DNA of 64,000 bases, taken from NCBI GenBank assembly GCA_030141605.1, contig JAQGDQ010000408.1, positions 143,596-207,595 on the forward strand. The letters are read 5' to 3'. Positions within the stretch are counted from its first letter, which is position 1; each line of letters starts with the position of its first letter. Positions 55,090-64,000 of this stretch are shown in pieces. The notes under the pieces were generated by a model that ran no database searches, had not been told where the DNA came from, and worked only from the letters and a program-made list of their open reading frames with translations. This stretch comes from Tubiluchus corallicola (lineage: Eukaryota > Animalia > Priapulida). The translations under genes were made by a program, and so were the position numbers.

Positions 55090-55789
55090 GTCTTCAGCCT
55101 CGTCCCCATCTCAGGCCATTACTTTAATGATTCAGTAGGGGCAGTAATGTAGTTCTAAGCACGTCAGCGTGGGGTTTTCTACTGGGGCTCATGGTTTCGT
55201 CACTTAGTTGGGCGCTAATACAGGTACAAGTGCATCAGTGCCCTCTGCCGGGTTCCTTCACCCCGCTTAGTAGAGCGCTAAAGTGTTTCAAATACGTCAG
55301 TGCCCCCAGCCCTGTTTCCGTCTCGGGTATTGCACTTTAAACAATCAGTGGGGTCCAGTACCTCAGTACCCTCAGCCCAGCTTCTGCCCCTAGACTTAGA
55401 CTTTCATCACTCAGCAGAGTGCTAACGTAGTTGCAAGTACATCAGTGCCCTCAGCCCTGTTCCTGCCCATGGAGTTGCAAGTACATCAGTGCCCTCAGCC
55501 CTGTTCCTGCCCATGGAGTTGCAAGTACATCAGTGCCCTCATCCCTGTTCCTGCCCATGTAGTTGCAAGTACATTAGTGCCCCCAGCCCTGTGCCTGCCT
55601 ATGGAGTTGCAAGTACATTAGTGCTCTCATCCTTGTTCCTGCCCAAGGAGTTGCAAGTACATTAGTGCCCTCAGCCCTGTTCCTGCCCATGGAGTTGCAA
55701 GTACATCAGTGCCCTCAGCCCTGTTCCTGCCCCTGGGCTTAAACTTTCATCACTCAGCGGGGCGCTAACGTAGTTGCAAGTACGTCAGC
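55090..55789. repeat. Minisatellite: 7 x 44-bp homogeneous core (55430-55735) flanked by longer and older related units
   Basis: TTGCAAGTAC at 55431, 55475, 55519, 55563, 55607, 55651, 55695, then 55774; diverged CAGTGCCC units back to about 55090. Confidence 0.93.
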
Positions 55790-55971
55790 AAACTATTAGC
55801 TTGCTAGCATGTGTTTTGTTAAGCGGATTTTCAGCAATCGCAGCTTAAACAAGCGATGAATGACTGAAGTGAAAGATTCGTTCTGTTTTCGCAAGCAGCT
55901 TTAAATTACCTTGTAATTGGTTAACCCTTGCCTACAAGAAGCCATGCACTTAAAGGCAAGGGTTAACTCAC

Positions 55972-56011
55972 ATGTCCACGAGCGTATGAATCAGCAGGAG
56001 CTTGGTGACAC
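55972..56011 (-). CDS. Candidate 40-nt CASK alternative exon
   Basis: Acceptor ttttttcaaacag, donor gtgagt; reads (T)CHQAPADSYARGH and ends in phase 0, compatible with exon 46555-46752. No homology support. Confidence 0.45.
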
Positions 56012-56726
56012 CTGTTTGAAAAAAGATGTCGGTTTGAAACTAGGCAGGTAAAAACGACACTGTGCTAAAGGTCCTCAATCAGCTTGATACAGCAAGGAAA
56101 ACATGTGGGTACTGTGCCCGAAGGTATTCACTCATCATGTTAGTACGAAATCGTGTTACACATTTGTTCAACTGCACCCGAGGTGCTCGAATAGTTCTTC
56201 CATCAAACGCCAACAAAATCATTTCACGTCCCATTTTTGACATTGAAAAAAGATAAAATACGGCAGCACTAAAGAAGCAAGTTAACAAAACAAGAAGTGA
56301 GTTGACTGTTAAGTGAGCTACAAACCGCTACGTCTCACGAAAAAGTCTAGTACTTAGCGAGCTGAACTCTTTCGCATTTTACTCTTCAGTATAGTGTCTT
56401 CTGCTGTCAATGTAATTAGATTTAATCCAACGTGGTTAGAATTTTGTTATTTTTTGATGGTTGGGAGTTTCCTGTGGGCAAATTTATCCTTCAGAAAAGC
56501 TTCAAAAATACTAACGACATTAAGTCATCAAGGACAATAAGAAATTCCTAAATGTGATCCTTCCTTTACTCGTGAAGAAAACAAGAATCAGGTGAAGTAG
56601 TGCCAGAAAAATGGCTCAGAATCAGGTAGAAGCGCCTTGCCATTTTAAGATAGCTTGCAAGACTTCAAGATGACTTGACTCTCAGGTGACCACTATTATT
56701 GAAATTTCTCATTGCAGCTTTAAATC

Positions 56727-56842
56727 ACTACATCTTATTGACCACTCTGCTCCTAACTACGTCCTATTGACCACTCTGCTTCTAACTACGTCCTATTGAC
56801 CACTCTCCTCCTAACTACATCCTATTGACCACTCTGCTTCTA
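56727..56842. repeat. Minisatellite, 29-bp unit, 4 copies
   Basis: ACTAC(A/G)TCCTATTGACCACTCTGCT(C/T)CTA repeated. Confidence 0.92.
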
Positions 56843-57179
56843 TAAATGTTTCATCGACTCTTGTCTGATTTCAAAAGTAAAAGAAGGCCCACATTTACGA
56901 ATTTGTCTAAGATGTTAGTTTCTAAGATGACATCTATGATATTTTTTTTGCAGAATTAATTGGCAATATAAATAAATGGAAAGTACATAAGACTTTTAGA
57001 TGCGCTTAACCTTGTCAAACAAAAATGTCATAACACGTGCTACTGCCACAGCATTTTAATATAAGCAGAATAAAATGGTAGCTGTATTCTCCTTGCACGG
57101 CAGAAGAGAGTTAAGTGCTTTAGAGTCAAGCAGAGACTTTAACATTTAGGTTAGTAATAGACGCGCTCGGTTTACTTAC

Positions 57180-57205
57180 GTGGGTTGCACGTAGGATGGA
57201 TGAGA
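57180..57205 (-). CDS. Candidate 26-nt CASK microexon
   Basis: Acceptor gttttgtaacag, donor gtaagt; SHPSYVQP plus AC ends in phase 2, matching the 40-nt candidate exon. Confidence 0.38.
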
Positions 57206-58001
57206 CTGTTACAAAACACGCTGATTTACTGTCGTCAAACTGTTGCACATTCTAATTTCTACAATGATGAAAATACAACGTTGCACATCACACAGCAGCG
57301 AGATTACAAGGCAGTGGGCTGTAACAAACAGATCAAAGCCAGAACTTGGTTTCGTTAAAGAAACGCGTGGAACAGTCATTACACGAGCTACTGGATAGAC
57401 GGAAACCTTTTCCTAGATATCATAAAAGCACTGAATAATGATTATTTGGCAAATGAATGCAATTTAGGCACATTCAGTGACGGTCTTGCGAGACTAGATA
57501 ACCTTTAAACACAACAGAAAAATAAAAAGGTGCAGATACCGCAACAGATGTGATTTCTTCTAAATATCTTGAGGAATTAGCAAGAAAAACTGAAACGAGT
57601 AAAACACGCAGTAAGCGCCTGTCCCTGCAGGTTTCTGGGGTCGCAAAGTAAAACCACGTCAATTCCCACCAGACACTAAATGGCTGCCCCTATGTAGAAG
57701 TTGACAATCTTCCGGATTCAAGAATACACAATATTTCCTTGTTACCATAATTGTTAACTGTTTGTGATAATACTATCCTATTAGTCAATGATTTACAGTA
57801 CGTTTAAGTTTTAACTTGCGTTTTTTTATTATTATTTCATTTGTACGTAATCTTAGTTTAACGTAATAATAAACTGTAGTATTTTTAATAGTCTCAGTGT
57901 ATTTTATTTTTTGCGATTTCACTTTTACTAACACTTGGATCATAATGAAAATAACATGTATGCATCATGTTTTTTATACATCCAAGGAAAAAATAAATTT
58001 T

Positions 58002-58343
58002 TATTCTGTTCTATTCTATTCTATCTATTCTATTCTATTCTATTCTATTCTATTCTATTCTATTCTATTCTATTCTACTCTACTCTACTCTACTCTACTC
58101 TACTCTACTCTACTCTACTCTACTCTACTCTACTCTACTCTACTCTACTCTCTACTCTCTACTCTCTACTCTCTACTCTCTACTCTCTACTCTCTACTCT
58201 CTACTCTCTACTCTCTACTCTCTACTCTCTACTCTCTACTCTACTCTACTCTACTCTACTCTACTCTACTCTACTCTACTCTACTCTACTCTATTCTATT
58301 CTATTCTATTCTATTCTATTCTATTCTATTCTATTCTATTCTA
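58002..58343. repeat. Compound microsatellite (TTCTA)n(CTCTA)n(CTCTCTA)n(CTCTA)n(TTCTA)n
   Basis: Directly visible; explains the YSILF/YSTLL ORFs. Confidence 0.97.
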
Positions 58344-59233
58344 TGTCATTTTCAAGTTAACAAGAATGACATTACAAACTGAAAAATACGAAGAACAAAA
58401 AATTGTATCGAAAGTTGAGACAAAAATGACACGAGAAGGGTCGTTATGACTTCAACATAACTATTTTGTAATTTACAATATTTATTTCCATTTCAAAGCA
58501 AAATGTTTTTACAAAATTTATCCAAAAACACCCGATTTTTACACAATACACGTAATAAATAATATTTCGTTTGCCTACCAACTATTAAATTAACGCTAGA
58601 GGCATTAGTTCTATAGGAAGTTAAAAATGTAAAGAATAATGTAGGTGAAACGAACAGATCTGATGACTTCTACCATCTTCAAAATTAACTAAATTTAATT
58701 AATTAACTAAATTAATTAACTAACCCCAGGAACTCTTTCAATTAGACTACGACAAAGATGTAGCAAACCCCTGAGAGTTGTGACAACATGTCTGCCCTCT
58801 GTGGAATTCAGCTACTTTTCCACTAATCTGGCAGTTGCTTATATATAGGAAAGTAAGCCAACCTGGATAAGCGTTAAAGGCAACAAGCTTCGGGGAGCGT
58901 TTGGCAAGTCAGCCCGAATGCTGTAAAACACAAGGGTAACGTTAGATGGCGCTCTATTTTCTAAGACGTGCTTGACAGCGGTGTTTTCCAAAATAACAAA
59001 TCCCTACTCAAGCAGGACAAGTCAACATGTAGAATTTGAAGGCTTCTAATCTTTAAAAGTCCGTAACATTTGTAAGTTTCTGCTTTGTCCTTGCTGTCCA
59101 TTGCCGCATTTTGCGATAAGTTTACTAAATCATAGTTAACACTATGCTGCTGGACTATATACTTATATCCCAGACAAAGAGACACGAACTTACACCGGCT
59201 GTATCTTGAAGCCAAACTTGATTGGGACTTGGA

Positions 59234-59324
59234 GTCATGTGACTTGACTACACGCGATGGGACACTGATACCTGATGCAGGTGTCATATGACTTGACTAC
59301 GCGCGATGGGACACTGATACCTGA
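59234..59324. repeat. 49-bp tandem duplication
   Basis: GTCAT(G/A)TGACTTGACTAC(A/G)CGCGATGGGACACTGATACCTGA at 59234 and 59283. Confidence 0.85.
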
Positions 59325-62300
59325 CTCTTGTGGAATAAGTAAGGATAGGGCCCCATGGGGATTCACAACACCAATACCGTAACGTGAGGACATTTTGTGA
59401 AAGTGTTCTAACGTAGAGAAGACGAACAAAAATAAGTTACATGAGCTACATCATCCAGAAGCCTCAATTAAGACCCTCTTCTTGACTGTGTCATGAAGAT
59501 ACAATACAGAAACAGACAGAGGCATATCAATACTTTACGACGCCCTAGGCTGATAGTTCTGCCCCGCCCATTTGTATTGTAAATTTATGGCCGCTTATGT
59601 AATGAGCAGATCAAACAATCACTTGTGGTGTATTAGAAACACTATTAACCTAGTTTCAACGTGGTCATAATTAATTACATTCATTTGCATAACGCCTATA
59701 TTTAAGCAGGCTGTGCAACTGCTCGTTGTGTAATCCTCTGCACATATTCGTCAAGTGGTACTTATATAACAGCCGAGCACAGTAACTGCCTGTGGTGTGT
59801 TATAAAATTTGCCCTTTACATGAATATGTACATTTTAGAAAAAATTCGTATTCTCCCCAGCAAATGTGTATAGTTTCAGATTCGTGTAACATATTCATAT
59901 TCATATTTTCTAATTATCCTACTGATTAATACGCCCCTGGTAACGGATTTAACAGAAACAAAGTTCTGTACTGGGATCTGAAGTCATTCGGTCAGCAAAA
60001 AACCTTAAACCAAGTCCTCTATTAAAATCTGCAGTCATTCGCTCAGCAAAAAACCTTTGGCGCCCAGTCAGCTGTGAAACAGGCGTCTTGTATGAATAAT
60101 ATTGATGGCAAGAACTCTCTGGGGAACCCAAACGGTGCCTGTATGACAAACGACGTGAACTTTTTACTTAAACAGCCGATCAATTTCAATATCTGCGTTT
60201 TGTTCGAGTCGACAATGTAGGTTGCTGTTCGAGTAAAATGAATTCCATTATAGAAGCACGTAAGCGACGTTAACAAAACGTTTCCATCTCCAGGCCAGTA
60301 AGAAATTATTGAAATTGTCCAAAGCAAGATTTGCCAATAAATTTAGTCTACACAAACAGGCGCCATTGTACGAAATCTCTCTAAAAATTGGCCAGCTGTA
60401 GCCAGAGAGTTCATCCATCGGACTATTGCAGCAGTTTATGTATTTTTGGAACCATAATCTATATCGTACTAGATTTGAAATGACACCTTCGTTCCTCAAG
60501 AGACGATGGTGGCAAACTCTAGAATGAAGAAACCACATCTGTTGTTGAATATGGACGTTAGACATAGCAGTGAGTGAAGATCTCTACAGTACAGGACAAT
60601 CGCACTATTGGCAGTATGTAAACGGTGAAAGTCAAGGCGAGTCCAAGCAGCTGCAAGAATTTAATCAGCAATCAAAGTGGCTCAGAAAAATCTGTCTTCT
60701 AACCTTTCCTGCGCATGAACAAACTCAACAAAACCCACTAAAATCCAGAAAGGGATAACACCAAGTGTTGCATCTGTTTTTTAACCTCGTTCTGCTTGCG
60801 CTCAGCATATTTATCAGTAAACAAACAAGCCAATAAAAATGATGTCTAGATCACCAACCCAGACACTGACCAGCATTTACGGCGCTTAACTTGGTAAACT
60901 AATTCCTAGCATCTAATAATGATTTTGATTCATGTTTATTGGTCAATGTTTCTAGAAAAGTCACAGATGCTGAACGTGACCATGCAGAACGGATACAGAA
61001 AGTTCGAGATATTAGAGAATAAATAAAAGTGATAAAACACACATACTATACACAGCTTACCCGTACAATTATTAGATAAACAACAGATCACACACAGCAC
61101 TTTTAAAACAACAATTGCTACACTTCTAATAGAATAGGTAACCACTAGGGTACTGAAAACACGAATGTTGCGTCACGAAAACATCAAACTAATTCAAGTG
61201 CACTGACGCGTGTCGAAGCCAATTTCCTAATAACAATACTGCCGGGCTACGCGGCGGCTTCCCGTCCCGTTAAAATCCGGGAATTAGTCGGAATGAAACT
61301 GTATACAGTGAAAGCTATTTCAGTTACTGCACCTGCTGGGATAGGGTCGTGGCGGCACCAATGGTGTGCAACAGTCATGAAAGAACATTCTTGAAATTTT
61401 TATTCCTGTGACGTAACTTTTGCCAGCCTATTGTTGAGCCCATTTTATCACTAACGCAGTAAGCACAATGATAAAACCCTAATTGTCTAAGATCTTATAT
61501 AACAATTTTGTATGCCAAATCGTGGAAAAATAAAGCGAGGAGTTATTCAATAAGGAATGACAAGCAGGATTTTTTTAGGTTAAGCTACATAGTGTTTTAA
61601 GAAAATAAGTATACACTGTAGACCCTAATCTCACGATATTATCACAAAACGTTAAAGTAGGGGACATGAGAGACCTAGCTGGCTTGAAATCTGTCCTTGT
61701 TTAGGCAAGCTCAACGTATACCAAAGCAATATAGACTAGTTTGCCCACCAGCTGTGAGGTTGGGGCTTTGAAATGGTATCTTAAATATGCTACCTGCTAT
61801 CTTTGTTGTAAAATAAACAGTTTGTTATTTACAGTTATCCATAAATGTCTTCGACAAAGCTGAACAAATTCTTAGTTTCGTGGAAGCAGAATGAACACAA
61901 GACTGGCCTGTCAAATCTTCTACCTGTCCAATATATATAATGCAGTACGAAATTCTAAAATGCACAATGGGAACTGCTTTTCGAGAAACCACCCATTCTT
62001 CAATAAACATATGCGATTATACCAGGGTCAGATTTTGATTTTGTAGGCCCCTGGGCTACAGACACTGAGAGGCTCCGCCCCCCTGACAATTAGCAAAAGC
62101 GTGAATGTTGAATTGTTTAAAAACCAACTTTATTCAACTTCTACAATATAATGGTGACATTAGGCACACTTAGATGGGCGCAAGTTTAACACAACAAAAA
62201 AGATATCTTATCTCTGTCAGAGGAGATGTGACCTCAATTTTTACACAATTGTGTCATTGTAATCAGGACTGCCAGTGTGGCAGTACCAGTGAGTAGGAAT

Positions 62301-63139
62301 AATGGATAAAAAAACAAATCCAGTGCATTACATTATACAGTATGTTAATTAACTGAGCGTTTTTAACGAGATAATTCAGTACATTTCCATTCTCATTCTG
62401 TAATAACTTTTCACTTAATCTCCGGAGGCCCCTTAGTTGGCGGAGAGCCCAGAGCTGCATCCTACAAAACCCACGCACGTGTTACACACACGTCTATTAT
62501 GGCTCCAGCAGAATTCAATGCAACTTCAAATACTATATGTCTCGTTTTAAAGTTTTTTTTATCTGCATAATGATGCGAGAAATAAACGGACAATAAAACA
62601 CCTTGGATTATTGCAATTTCGTTCGCCAATTTCCTGTGACAATTTATGATGCGAAACTAATTTCCGGGAGCGTGAAGTATGTATGAAGCCATTGAAATTC
62701 AGGCAAAGCAGCTCTTTATTAGCTCTTAATTTAGCACGGCTTCGAATGCAAAGAACGTGGAATTAGTGTGAAAAGGCGAGGAGGCGCATAGGAAGAATTT
62801 CAGGCTCGACACCTGTCATTCAAACTCGTTGTTAGAGAAACCAAAAACGACGCCAAATGTGATATAATGCAATAAAAAATATAACACTAAAGCTTGCGCC
62901 ACCTAGCGTGCAAAACAAAAAACATTTCACCATCTATCATACTTTTGCATCACGTCTCTGCATCCGTCTACTACTTTATCTTTACTATTCACTGCTCTAT
63001 AATCTTCAGTGTCGCCAGTACTTTCGATACTACGATTACACTTTTTCATGTAAAATTAATGCATTATGCACTTCATTTAAAAGTAAATCAAAGAAAAAAT
63101 CAATAAAAAAGGTTGACATTAGCGAAACCTTATTCTGGA

Positions 63140-64000
63140 CAACAACAGGTAAGGAGGGAAGCTCACCCTCGGCCCATTCCTGTTCTCCACATCTCAGGCG
63201 TATAACTTTTGCAAAAAACGGTCGAAAAATGGCCATTTTTGGAGGTTTTTCGCCCCCCCCCGTTTCTCGCGGTGAGCCCGATTCGAAAAATAAACCCCCA
63301 ATGAGACGACCCTAGATCGAGACCTTTCGTTTGATGTATAGATCGCCGTAAATGGTGCCGTCGTCGAAGCTGTAGCCTCGAATCTTATATATTAAGCCCA
63401 TACCAAGAATATTAATATAATAGACTAGCAAAGGCCCCGCAAAAGATTTTGCGTATCAACACACGTATAATCAATAATACGCGAACATTCTACCTAGTCC
63501 TCATTTATAACACAAAGCCCGTAACATCCTGCCTACTGTATGTTTAACTAACGCAAAGCCAGCAGGCAGCTTTTTGCTGAATTAAAGCTATAAGCAATAA
63601 TGGATGACGTCAGAACAATGCCTTTGCGTCAGCACTTTTCTAAGGCGAAAATTGCCGAAAATAGAACATCTTATTAACTCATCGATACTCCTCTCAATGG
63701 ACGTGTACTAAAATATAGCCCACATCATCGTGTAGCCCCGTTCTTCCTCTTTCTAAAGAGCCGTATATCTCCTTCCGAGAGTCCCACCGGGCGCCGCTAA
63801 AACGTTTTTTCCGCAGGCTGTTTGGTCAAAATTTCGAAAAAAATCGCGAGTTGTGTCCGGGAAAATGCCCGTTGCGGGGCGCCGTGGTCGTATCGTGAAT
63901 TCTAAATAGGCCTATGACACCCACCGCTGAACGGGCTATCTATCCATACCCAGCACCGCCCTCGACCCGTTCCCGTTCTCTACATCTCAGCCTGAAGTTT
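63140..64000. mobile_element. CpG-rich repeat element running off the window edge, possibly Helitron/Helentron-related
   Basis: Abrupt rise in GC and CpG; starts AACAGGTAAGGAGGG; about 42-bp direct repeat at 63167 and 63959. Confidence 0.4.

Noticed and set aside
57897-58382. ORFs of 161 and 141 aa (YSILF/YSTLL repeats)
   Set aside because: Translations of a microsatellite.
58961-59287. 108-aa minus-strand ORF as the missing CASK L27/CaMK exon
   Set aside because: No CASK-like motifs, it starts inside a 49-bp duplication, and I found no compatible splice boundaries.

Overview
AT-rich animal (invertebrate-like) nuclear DNA, not prokaryotic. The three real genes are spliced, so the ORF track shows only fragments of them. 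(1) A complete 7-exon YJU2/CCDC94 splicing-factor gene (+, 2693-10142, 344 aa). (2) A complete 6-exon ATP5PB/ATP5F1 ATP synthase subunit b gene (-, 12184-19993, 264 aa), convergent with YJU2. (3) The last 11 coding exons of CASK (-, 30012-46752; end of L27, PDZ, SH3, HOOK, GuK); its CaMK/L27 exons are not seen and probably lie beyond 64000. All exons were assembled by hand with GT-AG boundaries and consistent phases. Introns and intergenic DNA hold many MITEs (Tc1/pogo-, hAT-, piggyBac-, Kolobok- and Helentron-like), LINE remnants and several minisatellites. The most notable items are a 5S-rRNA-headed SINE with an RTE-like body, a candidate frame-compensating pair of small CASK exons (26+40 nt), tandem alternative donors in the CASK SH3 exon, a higher-order-repeat minisatellite, and a 30x42-bp array open in four frames. 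Repeat-family names come from recalled motifs and terminal signatures, not database searches.
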